Assembly: GCA_050013255.1 (NCBI GenBank)
Contig: JBEKFP010000001.1
Location: forward strand, 1,343,938 to 1,407,937
Source of the DNA: Candidatus Bathyarchaeia archaeon
GTDB lineage: Archaea > Thermoproteota > Bathyarchaeia > 40CM-2-53-6
DNA: 64,000 bases
Direction of reading: 5' to 3'
Below the pieces are notes generated by a model. It did no database searches. It saw nothing but the letters and a program-made list of their open reading frames with translations, and had not been told where the DNA came from. Each line of letters opens with the position of its first letter. The first letter of the stretch is position 1. Positions 1 through 9,118 of this stretch are shown piece after piece. The position numbers were made by a program, and so were the translations under genes.

Positions 1-651
1 ACAGAGATGGTAATGATTCAGCTTATTGTGGCGCCAGGATCCTTGAACTGGAATGCCGATTTTCCACACATCTGTGGGAGCAACTCCTTTTGGTGAATAT
101 CGCTCAGGATACTTCACCCACCAGCTACGAAAGTTGTCCGGGTCGGAGTCCCTAACCGCATCAGTTCGGAGTTCAAGATGGTTTTTTGCAAAAAGAAGAA
201 CATACTCGAATACATTTCTAAGTCCCGCCGTCGACCAAGGCAAATTCTTGTCTTTTTGCCAAATGACAATATCCTTCAGTTTCCACCCTACATCTTTCAT
301 TCTACGAGCCAAGTCGAATGGCAGAGGGACGACTTCGCTATCTACCATGAACGTATTGCAAACTAGCCAAAACGATCCACTCTCAGAAGTGAGGGAATAT
401 ACTAGCTTGAAAATTCCGGTTAAAGTGTCCAGATATTTCTCGTACGTTTTCTCGTGTCCAATTTGGCGGTCGGCTTCATAATCCTTGAGCTTGTAGTATG
501 GTGGAGAGGTTATGGTTGTGGACAGTCCAGGCCATTCAGGATCATTCAAGGCACGTTGAGCGATAGCTTGGAGACCGTGTCTCGCATCCTGATGATGAAA
601 GCCGAAAACTGTCCGGAATTTCGAATGAAGAGCCGATGTCCCGGCTCTCAT
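1..651 (-). CDS. Site-specific DNA methyltransferase (N4-C/N6-A, beta-type order), 3' end outside window
   Basis: Not in ORF track because it runs off the window edge. Manual translation from ATG at 651: MRAGTSALHSKFRTVFGFHHQDARH...TITSPPYYKLKDY...GWKLKDIVIWQKDK...LRNVFEYVLLFAK...PTDVWKI...HYHLC. SPPY motif IV. ATGA overlap with the stop of the upstream DGQHR gene. Confidence 0.85.
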   Translation of the reverse strand, partial: MRAGTSALHSKFRTVFGFHHQDARHGLQAIAQRALNDPEWPGLSTTITSPPYYKLKDYEADRQIGHEKTYEKYLDTLTGIFKLVYSLTSESGSFWLVCNTFMVDSEVVPLPFDLARRMKDVGWKLKDIVIWQKDKNLPWSTAGLRNVFEYVLLFAKNHLELRTDAVRDSDPDNFRSWWVKYPERYSPKGVAPTDVWKIGIPVQGSWRHNKLNHYHLC

Positions 652-2435
652 TTCTTCTTGCCGCCTGATAAGTGTGCGAGTTTGATTTTATTGTGCTGGT
701 TTAGTACATCGATGATCCTGTTAGCCAATCCTCTGAACGCTTGCCATCCGGTGCCGTACTTCGCGATCATGGAACTTGTGAATGACAGTGATGCGACGGG
801 TTTCAAGTATTTCTCTAGGTCACTTAGGATCTTCTCCCTGTCTTCTTTTGATGATCCTAAGATCTGCGTTAAGACCAAGAGCAACGCGTTTACTGCAACA
901 CTTTTCGTCACTCCGTATTTCTTCGAATCATCCCACGCGCCAGGTCTAGCATCTTCCAAGTGTTGTCTTACCAGAGTAAAATAATGCGAAAGCAGATTGA
1001 CTTGCTTTTGTAGGCTCTTCACATTCGATGGATCGTCCACTGACTTGTTTACGTCGAACTTCGCATAGGTATAGAGCGGCCCAACATAGTGTATTTCGCC
1101 CGTCGTTTTGTCAACATGATTTTTCAAGAGTTCAACAGCCAAGGCGAACTTGGCAAATCCCGCCAAGGTAATCGGTCTGTCTTTTTCAATTTCAAGTACT
1201 CTGATCTTATTTTTCCACGGATCGCGAGAACTCAATGACTTAACCACAAGCGAAGGCCAAGTCAGATAGTGTTTGAGATCCTTAGTCAGACTCAGTAGGT
1301 CACAGAGGAGGGTTGGATCTATTCCCACTTGATTGTAGTTAATATCGATGAATGATTTCGCTTGGCTTTCACGACCGATGTTCTTCAATCCCACTACGAT
1401 AAGATCGAATTTCTCTTGGGGCTGCGGCGAGTCAGGTGGTGGTTCCGAGAACTTCGTTCGTGTGAAGCCATATAGTCGATGCTGACCATCTACGATCCAT
1501 GCAGAACAATATTTCTTCGGAATTTGGAGGATGCCTTCGAGTGGATTTGAGGCGCTCTTTGTGAATATGACTTCGCTGGCGATTTCGTCATCAAAAGCGA
1601 TGAGTATTGCATTTGGGATGAGTGCACGACCAGCTAGAAAACGCCCAATCTCTTCTATGCGACGCTCTCGAATCATTCTTTGATATGCAAATTCTGGCTT
1701 GAAACTTCGTCGAAAAACATAGGAAATAGGCAAAAGCTGATGAGGCGCAAGAGTAAATATGTACATTTCTTGGTTGTTACCGATTCCGGGCTGTCTAACC
1801 ATTATCGCCGGCCTGGGAACTGAGCCCCCCTCTTCCTCTCTTTCGATTTCGAAGTCTTTGAAGACGGCATACTTAGTCCACTTACCGAGAGCTTTCACGA
1901 TGTGACCATAGTAATCGAGCGCTGGTCCATTCAGAACTTGTACTTCACGATCCGCGGCATATTTCATCATTTCCTCATTAGGTGCATAGTTGTCTAGTGC
2001 GATAACCATCTTCACCCTCGTTGTCTTATCAAGGACGGTGGCGGTGAACCTCCCGTCTAGACTGGTTTTGATCGTAAGTGTTCCCTTTTCTCTGACGATT
2101 TCATCACGCCAATGACACCATTTGTCCACCAGGTTTTGGAACTTGACGTTGGCCGCTGTTGTGCAGTACGTGATCACAAGAACCTCTTGATGCCAAGCAC
2201 AGACGTCCAGGTCAGTTTCTGAACTGGTCGTTGTCAAAATCTTGACTGCTCTGTCAGTGAGGAAGTCAGATCTCTCAAAAATTGATTTGACTCTATTTAT
2301 GAGGGGAAGATCTTTCTGTCTGTCGCCGTGTGAGTCAGCAGGCATATCTTCCATCCGCCAAGTGCCCTCTATTTGATTCTTATTGTTATGCGACTGTGGC
2401 CTGATTAGGGGTTGCGCAACGCGTATTCTTCGCAT
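648..2435 (-). CDS. DGQHR domain-containing protein (DndB/ParB-like superfamily)
   Basis: AYQRMI...RI..I..FL, IPNAILIAF and AWIVDGQHRLYGF motifs, plus F.DIN..Q. True start may be the ATG at 2354. Confidence 0.9.
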   Translation of the reverse strand: MRRIRVAQPLIRPQSHNNKNQIEGTWRMEDMPADSHGDRQKDLPLINRVKSIFERSDFLTDRAVKILTTTSSETDLDVCAWHQEVLVITYCTTAANVKFQNLVDKWCHWRDEIVREKGTLTIKTSLDGRFTATVLDKTTRVKMVIALDNYAPNEEMMKYAADREVQVLNGPALDYYGHIVKALGKWTKYAVFKDFEIEREEEGGSVPRPAIMVRQPGIGNNQEMYIFTLAPHQLLPISYVFRRSFKPEFAYQRMIRERRIEEIGRFLAGRALIPNAILIAFDDEIASEVIFTKSASNPLEGILQIPKKYCSAWIVDGQHRLYGFTRTKFSEPPPDSPQPQEKFDLIVVGLKNIGRESQAKSFIDINYNQVGIDPTLLCDLLSLTKDLKHYLTWPSLVVKSLSSRDPWKNKIRVLEIEKDRPITLAGFAKFALAVELLKNHVDKTTGEIHYVGPLYTYAKFDVNKSVDDPSNVKSLQKQVNLLSHYFTLVRQHLEDARPGAWDDSKKYGVTKSVAVNALLLVLTQILGSSKEDREKILSDLEKYLKPVASLSFTSSMIAKYGTGWQAFRGLANRIIDVLNQHNKIKLAHLSGGKKK

Positions 2436-2604
2436 CTGTGGAACAAATAAGATTCAGAACTGAAACAGCTTCCTTCCGATCATCCAACACATGCGGCCGG
2501 GTGAGGACAGTGATCCTTGATGGGCCGGATTCCGGGAGTCCGGCTGGATGGATTTGTTAGGGGGCACCTCCCCTAACAGCAAACACCTACACCAACCGTT
2601 TCAA

Positions 2605-2699
2605 AGTGTGTGTGTGTGGGTCTAATGGTGCGAGCGCTCGAATTTGAACCGGTTCATATATACCGGTAAATTGGGGTCAGAATCCCCTGCCCCGCACCA
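2605..2699. repeat. Mosaic intergenic repeat, copy 1 (two back-to-back GCACCA cores)
   Basis: Reverse complement aligns to 8981-9055 (TTCTGACCCCAATTTACCGGTA...GGTTCAAATT...CGCACCA...GACCCACACAC). Confidence 0.9.
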
Positions 2700-2782
2700 C
2701 GTACGAATCCCAGACATTTCAGAAGTTTTGAGTAGTATCAGTCTTGGTCTCTATTCTTTGATCATCCGCTGGGGTCTTGATT

Positions 2783-3520
2783 TTATGGTTCTTGAAGCAT
2801 ATGTTGTTTATTGCCAAACCGGTTATGGTGCATGAAGTCCTTTACGTCGCGGCGCACTCGCAGATAGTCAGCTAGCGCAGAGCGGGGGTAGCCCACTCGG
2901 GCGGCAAAGGCAATCTTCATGTATTCAGGAATATTGAGAATCTTTTTCACCTCTTTCTCGACGGGGATTCCGCTGAAGACGCTCAGTATATGAAAGCCAA
3001 TCCCCAGGGATTGAGCCATGAGCCACATGTTCTCCATAACGCAGCCGAGACTCATAATCCCCAAGACATCTCCCTCCGAAGCAGGCGCCCTTTTCCTGGA
3101 GTCATAGATCACTATCAAAAGCGTTGGGCTGCCCTGAATGCGTTCCTGCAGGGGCCACGGGCCCTCACGAACAGCTTCATCCAACCTAGCAGGATCACTC
3201 CATGACGGGGGGAACATGGCGGCGAGAATTCCAACCTTCTTTTGGAGGAACTCCTTCTTCGAGAACGAGAGTTGTTCATAGTTTTCCCTGATGAACTCCT
3301 CTGATACCTGAGACTTTATGTGCCCTATTTCTTTCAGAATTTCCTCGTCGTCGATGACGAGAACTTCGAAGTTCTGCATGTTGTGGGCCGTGGGCGCCCA
3401 GCGCCCGGCTTCAAGAATTTGCCTCAAATCCTTTTTGGTCACAGAACGCTCCCGATCAAAGAGTCCCCTCGACGAGTGCCTTTCCTCGATGAGCTTCAGG
3501 AGATTAGTCATGATGACCAT
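2783..3520 (-). CDS. Nitroreductase family protein
   Basis: IEERHSSR, ILEAGRWAPTAHNMQ and ENMWLMAQSLGIG motifs. Confidence 0.9.
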   Translation of the reverse strand: MVIMTNLLKLIEERHSSRGLFDRERSVTKKDLRQILEAGRWAPTAHNMQNFEVLVIDDEEILKEIGHIKSQVSEEFIRENYEQLSFSKKEFLQKKVGILAAMFPPSWSDPARLDEAVREGPWPLQERIQGSPTLLIVIYDSRKRAPASEGDVLGIMSLGCVMENMWLMAQSLGIGFHILSVFSGIPVEKEVKKILNIPEYMKIAFAARVGYPRSALADYLRVRRDVKDFMHHNRFGNKQHMLQEP

Positions 3521-3651
3521 CCCACCTTCAGAACCGCCAGAAAATGAACGTTTCCGACAAGTATCACAGGTCCTTCAAGCGCTAGAATCCGGAGAGACTG
3601 TACCTACAATAATACCGTCTACTAGGAATTCTTACACCAACAATGGGAGCC

Positions 3652-3690
3652 TATATGTACCGGTAAATTGGGGTCGGCTGGTGCACACAC
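3652..3690 (-). repeat. Mosaic intergenic repeat, copy 2
   Basis: TATATGTACCGGTAAATTGGGGTCGGCTGGTGCACACAC; shares TACCGGTAAATTGGGGTC with copies 1 and 3. Confidence 0.85.
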
Positions 3691-3723
3691 GAAATGACAT
3701 CCATGTCTTGATTTTGGGTTAAG

Positions 3724-5037
3724 TTACATCGCAACGTAATGGACTCGCCTTAGCTTCTCACCTTCTGGGCGCCACGTAAGCTGCTTGTCTACGCGCAACT
3801 GCATGAAGTTAACGACATTATCAACGACCTTGTTCAGCCTGCTTATGGCTAGGGAGTTGTTCCTAAGCTTCTTCAAATCTTCTTTCGTGTTCTCGCTGAG
3901 GCTTGAGAGGTTGTACCAGATCCCGAAGGGCGGGAGGATGTAACCCAAGTTCTGTAGGACCACGAACACGTCCCAGGCCACTTTGTAAGCGCCGTCCTCG
4001 TGGCCATTCACGAATATGCCGACGGGCCGGCCCGCCCAGTCAACATGTTCAACTTTCAGCCCAATATCCTGCAGGTTCGTCAACCGATCCAAGAATACCT
4101 TAAGCCGGCTGTTCATCCCCTCCCAATTGATCGGCGTAACCACAATCAACGAGCGGGCACGAACGAGTTTCGGGTAGATCTTACGCATGTCATCATGCAT
4201 ATTGTTGCAGGGAAACCTGCAGAAATCATCTTCCAGGGAATAGCAAGCCCAGTTATGCTCAATCTTATGTTTCGCCAAGTCCACCCAATCATACGTCACC
4301 GCCGGGTGCGCCTCTCTAAGCCTCTCGATGATTCTTGGGGCTATGAAGCCGCTGACAATATGTTGCGGGTGGGCGCTGGCGCTTATGATGAGCACGTCGA
4401 TAGGAGGCTGCGCGGCGATGTCACGCCAGAACTCAATTCGCCGATCAAGAAACTCGCTCTTCTGCACGCTTTTCGTTAAGTATTCAGTTACTGCGTCTTC
4501 CTCAATCGGGTACGTCGCCTTATGGGTCAAGAGTTGGGCCGCGAGCTTCTCTTTGGATTTGATTAATTCCCAAGGCGCCTTACACTTTGCACATAACTTG
4601 GGCGGCAACCGGCCGGTGTACTCATCCATGCAGATCAAGCATTTCCAAACAGAATTGTCATTCGCCTGTTCCTCCGGCGGTTCCAGCTTGAACGCAAATT
4701 CGTCCGCTACGGGTTTGCGTGGGGAGGTTGCTTGTCGGGAGATTAGTATTTCGTCGCCTTCCACTTTCACCGCGTAACTTTCCACTTGCTCAGGCGCACC
4801 CTTAGGAGCCTTCCCTGTCTTCGGGTCGTACCTGTACCCATGCCAGGGGCAAACAACGTTTCCATCCTTGTCGAAGGCACCGTCGATTAACGGCCCACCC
4901 ATATGCGCGCAAACGTTCGAAATAGCAAAGTAACCATTATCAATCTGAAAAACCGCAACCGACTTTCCTTCAACCTGGCCTAGGTATCGGTTATTTGAGA
5001 AATCCTTCTTCGAACAAACACGGACAAACGATTCCAT
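3724..5037 (-). CDS. Fusion of Rieske [2Fe-2S] ferredoxin, rubredoxin-like CxxC domain and flavodoxin/NADPH-dependent FMN reductase (iron-sulfur flavoprotein-like)
   Basis: CAH...CPWHG (Rieske), WKCLIC...LCAKC, then C...C..PC...DDM and VTPINW...RLKVFLDRL. Likely start is ATG 5037 (ORF track starts at 5088). Confidence 0.8.
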   Translation of the reverse strand: MESFVRVCSKKDFSNNRYLGQVEGKSVAVFQIDNGYFAISNVCAHMGGPLIDGAFDKDGNVVCPWHGYRYDPKTGKAPKGAPEQVESYAVKVEGDEILISRQATSPRKPVADEFAFKLEPPEEQANDNSVWKCLICMDEYTGRLPPKLCAKCKAPWELIKSKEKLAAQLLTHKATYPIEEDAVTEYLTKSVQKSEFLDRRIEFWRDIAAQPPIDVLIISASAHPQHIVSGFIAPRIIERLREAHPAVTYDWVDLAKHKIEHNWACYSLEDDFCRFPCNNMHDDMRKIYPKLVRARSLIVVTPINWEGMNSRLKVFLDRLTNLQDIGLKVEHVDWAGRPVGIFVNGHEDGAYKVAWDVFVVLQNLGYILPPFGIWYNLSSLSENTKEDLKKLRNNSLAISRLNKVVDNVVNFMQLRVDKQLTWRPEGEKLRRVHYVAM

Positions 5038-5138
5038 AACATTCCATGAGCGTGAGACGTATGAAAACCTAGGCCTACTCAGCCTCAATCAACGGAGAGT
5101 AAATAAGAGAAATTCGCCATCGAGACAAATGAACAAAC

Positions 5139-5534
5139 ATGACAACCGATGAGGAGATCTTAGAAGAATTAAGGAAGATTCGAGAAGCACTTTCACCGAA
5201 ACCTACTCCGCCGCCGCCAAAGCCCAAAGGTATGTGGGCCGAGTTCATAGAATTCATCGGCAAAGCGGGGGTAATCGGGTTGGCTGTAGGCTTCATAATG
5301 GGTACTTACATTGGCAAAGTGGTCTCGGCACTTGTTCAGGACATTATAATGCCCATCCCCGGCGCGCTGTTGCCGGGAGGCGATTGGAGAAAGGCGGTAT
5401 TCACCATCCCAATCGGACAGGGGATGAATTTTGCTGTGGGTGACTTTGTGGGCGTTATGTTTGACTTTCTCATTGTCGCGGTTGTCATCTTCTTCATCGC
5501 CAGATACGCTATGAGAGCTATGGAAAAAAAGTAA
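5139..5534 (+). CDS. mscL: Large-conductance mechanosensitive channel MscL, atypical N-terminal extension
   Basis: EF.EFI...GVIGLAVGFIMG...VVSALVQDIIMP and GDF...FDFLIVAVVIF motifs. Confidence 0.85.
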   Translation: MTTDEEILEELRKIREALSPKPTPPPPKPKGMWAEFIEFIGKAGVIGLAVGFIMGTYIGKVVSALVQDIIMPIPGALLPGGDWRKAVFTIPIGQGMNFAVGDFVGVMFDFLIVAVVIFFIARYAMRAMEKK

Positions 5535-5572
5535 CCCAGGAACAGCCTCGAACCGCCAGCTGCCTGCGAGGT

Positions 5573-6739
5573 TTACTGTATTTCTTCTTCTCCTTCAGTC
5601 ACGGTTATCCCACGTTTTCCAGACGCCAGTTCCTTCAAGAACTCGCTGGGCTCGACGCAAAGCTCAGGGGGCAGGGTGCCTCGTTTAGTTATTCTTCCCG
5701 ATGCAAGCCACTGTGCGATTACGGAAGGGGGTGTTCCTGTGCCGACCGTCCCGCCGCCAATGTTCCACCGTTCGTTTGGAACGCTGACAGCGTCTACCCA
5801 AATCCTGACCCGCTTTCCATCACGCTTACCGAATCCCTCAACCCTTTGGCAGTCAACATCTAATTCTACACTCGTGGGTTTCGGGAGGGAGTCAATGACC
5901 GAAGTTAACACGTCGTAGGGGACGATGTCTTGGCCCCTAACCTTGACGGGCGTCTTCTTAGTCAAACCCAGCTGGGTTAGGAGGACGATTGATTTTGTGA
6001 ATTCGGGTGGGTATGCGACTATGAAATCCATTTCCTTGATCCCTTTTCCTATGTTGAACGGCATCGTGGCTAGCTCAGAATGAATGGTGTAATACCCCTC
6101 CATCCTGCCGATGGGGTCGGGTAGTGTGAAAGATTCCTTTCCAGAAAGCGCCGGAATCTCTTGAATCCTCCCGTCGCGAAGTATGATCGGTGGGATTGTA
6201 AACTCATCCAGGACAGTTCGTATCGCGTAAGGGACCTGGAATCCTCCGCCTCCTTTGACGACCGTGGAGCCGCTGCGCAGTTTCATCACCTCCACCTCAT
6301 CCAACTTTTCAGCGACGTAGGCTCCCATCACATTCATTGTTCCAGGCGTACTGCCCATTCCCAAAACGCAAGTAACATTCGCGTCATTCGCAGCCTTGTC
6401 CAACTCCAGCTGCTTCTTCGTCATGTGGTATAGTCCACCGAGGTCGAGGTAGTGTATGCCCGCTGAGATGGCTGCTTGCATGACCTGCAGGTTCAACTCG
6501 TACCAGGTCGAGTTAACAACCGCATCCCAGTCTCTCATAATCCCGGTTAACTGTGCGTTTTCACGAGCGTCCGCGGACAGTGGGACGGCGCGTTCGTCTC
6601 CTAAACTTCGCGCCGCTGCTTCGGCTCGTTCAAGGCGCAGGTCCGCAACCCCTACTTTCTCTACTTTGCTGTTCCCTAGCATGTTCCTGATTGTGACCTG
6701 AGCCATAGCTCCGGCTCCGCCAAGCACTAAGATTCGCAA
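5573..6739 (-). CDS. Saccharopine dehydrogenase / lysine 6-dehydrogenase-like oxidoreductase
   Basis: RILVLGGAGAMA Rossmann motif, HYLDLGG, GMGSTPG, HSELATMP. Start probably TTG 6739. Confidence 0.85.
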   Translation of the reverse strand: MRILVLGGAGAMAQVTIRNMLGNSKVEKVGVADLRLERAEAAARSLGDERAVPLSADARENAQLTGIMRDWDAVVNSTWYELNLQVMQAAISAGIHYLDLGGLYHMTKKQLELDKAANDANVTCVLGMGSTPGTMNVMGAYVAEKLDEVEVMKLRSGSTVVKGGGGFQVPYAIRTVLDEFTIPPIILRDGRIQEIPALSGKESFTLPDPIGRMEGYYTIHSELATMPFNIGKGIKEMDFIVAYPPEFTKSIVLLTQLGLTKKTPVKVRGQDIVPYDVLTSVIDSLPKPTSVELDVDCQRVEGFGKRDGKRVRIWVDAVSVPNERWNIGGGTVGTGTPPSVIAQWLASGRITKRGTLPPELCVEPSEFLKELASGKRGITVTEGEEEIQ

Positions 6740-6833
6740 ATGAAATCGCCCCTCGTATGTCCTAACGGCATATTCCACCAGGTGGAAATAGCCTTATCAG
6801 ACTTTATCCCGTAGAGCTAAAGGTTGATGAATA

Positions 6834-7433
6834 ATGGGCCTCCTTCGTTCTATCCTTGTCGGCCTGCTCGTTCTTGTCGCCGTTGTTTCAGTTGCTTTCA
6901 TAGGATACAGTGGCCTGAACCCTCACGTAGTAACTGTGACACAACAGCAACTTCTAACAAACACTCAGAGCCTTTTCAGCACACAAACGGTGACCAGCCT
7001 TAGTATGGTAACGAGTTTTCAAACGGTCACAAGCGCAACAACCGCTGGGTTTGGAAATGTTTACACTGGGCCTGGGTACGGGTACAATCCGAATTACCCG
7101 AACTGTTCGTATTATGGATGCTACTACACACCACCCGCCTACGCTTCTATCTCTGATCTCTGCAAGACGACAGGCCAGAATAGTACGGTTCAATGCTCCG
7201 GCTACCTTCACGAAGCCTCGAGCGCGTGCACAGAACTTGCAATTCCCTACTACAACCCGGACATTTTGGAGTCAACGGCCTACCTGTACTTGACGTTGTA
7301 CAATCTGCCGTCAAACCATCCTGCAAGCGGCGCATGGGTGACGGTGACCGGGGAGCTCAACCAAGGCTACTCTCCAGGGTCCTATGGCGTACTTTGCACA
7401 AGTAACTACATCAACGTGGCTTCAATATCATAA
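6834..7433 (+). CDS. Hypothetical membrane-anchored/secreted protein, Thr/Tyr/Cys-rich
   Basis: N-terminal hydrophobic helix, Thr-rich linker, small C-terminal domain. Confidence 0.6.
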   Translation: MGLLRSILVGLLVLVAVVSVAFIGYSGLNPHVVTVTQQQLLTNTQSLFSTQTVTSLSMVTSFQTVTSATTAGFGNVYTGPGYGYNPNYPNCSYYGCYYTPPAYASISDLCKTTGQNSTVQCSGYLHEASSACTELAIPYYNPDILESTAYLYLTLYNLPSNHPASGAWVTVTGELNQGYSPGSYGVLCTSNYINVASIS

Positions 7434-7555
7434 AGAAAAAAGAGTCAGCTGGCCAACTAACAATTATATTCAAGCCATGCTAGGCTGCGCCTACGACTCA
7501 CCTAAAGTGGCTTCATTTTATATTAAACCTCAGCTAATGAAGGGATGATGTCACT

Positions 7556-7933
7556 TTGTTTGAAGGTATCGTCGGCCTAATTATCCAACTAATAATCGCC
7601 GGTATCATCGGCGGCATCTTCGTTTGGTTGGCAGGGAAAGCTCTAGGAGCACCAAGGGCCACCTATTGGCATGGGATTCTAATCGTTGTTTCAGCGATAA
7701 TCCTCAGTGACATCATAGGTTACTTCCTGGGCGGTCTCGGCTGGATTAAGACCATCATAGAAATTATCGTAATCCTTCTGCTGATCAAACACTTCTTCGC
7801 GGTCGGATGGATAAAGGCAATTGTAATTGCAATCTTGGCTGTGATCATAGCGATCATAGTCACCTTTGTCCTTGCCCTGCTCGGGCTTGCCTTCGCCGCC
7901 ACAGCACTGAAGGGCCTAATCCCAGGACTATAA
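7556..7933 (+). CDS. Hypothetical 4-TM membrane protein
   Basis: Highly hydrophobic 125 aa ORF preceded by a TATA-like TTTTATATTAAA. Confidence 0.7.
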   Translation: MFEGIVGLIIQLIIAGIIGGIFVWLAGKALGAPRATYWHGILIVVSAIILSDIIGYFLGGLGWIKTIIEIIVILLLIKHFFAVGWIKAIVIAILAVIIAIIVTFVLALLGLAFAATALKGLIPGL

Positions 7934-8743
7934 TCGTCTCGCCTTACAGGGCGAGACTACGTCCTTATGCTTCGCAGGGGGGACTGATTTGGTAGATTTC
8001 TTATCATTCGGTCTTTTCTTACTCAAGAGCAGTGCGCCGATAAGGCACGTCACCAATGTGACGGGAACAACCTGCGGCAGGATCTCCGGAGTAGGAATGG
8101 CGGGGGCGTAAACTAGGCCCAACACCCCGTTACCCTGCACAGTCACGTCGGTAATGTATGAAGTCTGATTATCCACGGTGATCTGACCTTGAGTGAACCA
8201 TTTTACGAAGGAATCGGACGCGTTACGGGGCGCTGCTTCAGCAACGTAGCTTCCCACTGGCAAAGTGGCATTCTGTCCATCCGTCAAGCAGATGGGGCCG
8301 GAGGCGTTTGCGTAATTTAGGAAGCAAACAAAGCCCCGGGTACCGGTGAAGGTGACGATTCCTTCAGTTTGAGTTGCCGGCAGGAAGACGGCAGCCAGGT
8401 TGCCGTCCCCGTTCACCTCGAGCAGCGTATTATTGCCTTGAATGTCCCTTACTGTGACATTGCCCTGGGTGATCCAGTGGCTGAACGTCGCGGAGCTGGC
8501 ATTGTAAAGGAAGGCTGCGAGCGTATAGTTTCCGAAGTCTAAGGTGAAGTTCTGGCTTTCCGCCAAGCAATAAAGCTTGGTGCTGTTGGAGTCGAATATG
8601 CATGCATACCCTAAGTTGCCGCCTGTGTATCTTATGTTCGCGGCCGTCTGTGAATGCACCGGTGCTACCGATACCATAAAAATCAGAAGCGCTACAATCG
8701 AGAGGGTAAGGAAGAGTTTGTTCAAAGTCTTGAAGCTCCGCAC
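7928..8743 (-). CDS. Secreted surface protein with two tandem beta-rich repeats and PE(F)-CTERM-like sorting tail
   Basis: Signal peptide; repeats F(S/V)(H/K)W.TQG..TV...V.G.G.L; C-terminal PTPEILP + TM helix + KKR. Confidence 0.65.
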   Translation of the reverse strand: MRSFKTLNKLFLTLSIVALLIFMVSVAPVHSQTAANIRYTGGNLGYACIFDSNSTKLYCLAESQNFTLDFGNYTLAAFLYNASSATFSHWITQGNVTVRDIQGNNTLLEVNGDGNLAAVFLPATQTEGIVTFTGTRGFVCFLNYANASGPICLTDGQNATLPVGSYVAEAAPRNASDSFVKWFTQGQITVDNQTSYITDVTVQGNGVLGLVYAPAIPTPEILPQVVPVTLVTCLIGALLLSKKRPNDKKSTKSVPPAKHKDVVSPCKARRL

Positions 8744-8980
8744 AAAGTTGTTTTTCGCAATTTATGGTAACCATGACCATGTGAACTGAACTAAGCGAGT
8801 TAGAGGAAATTGAAAGGAGAGCTCAATTTTAAGGTCGCGATGAATGGATGGCGCAATTAACCATGCCGTCCATACAGAACCATCGGCCCATCAGTTGCCA
8901 GTTCGATCAAATGGCTAACTGCTAACTGGGTGTGGGCTCTTCGAGATTGCCCTCAGGCCTTTTACAAGTTTGAATATGGG

Positions 8981-9106
8981 TTCTGACCCCAATTTACCGG
9001 TACATATAACTCGGTTCAAATTTGCTTGCCCGCACCAGCTGACCCACACACACATCAAACGAACGACGTTCCGATTTTGAACGGCCGCGCCAGTGATATT
9101 ACAGAC
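8981..9106 (+). repeat. Mosaic intergenic repeat, copy 3 (two cores)
   Basis: Cores GCACCA 9032-9037 and GCGCCA 9087-9092; matches copies 1 and 4 in inverted orientation. Confidence 0.9.
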
Positions 9107-9118
9107 TAAGCGAGGCTT

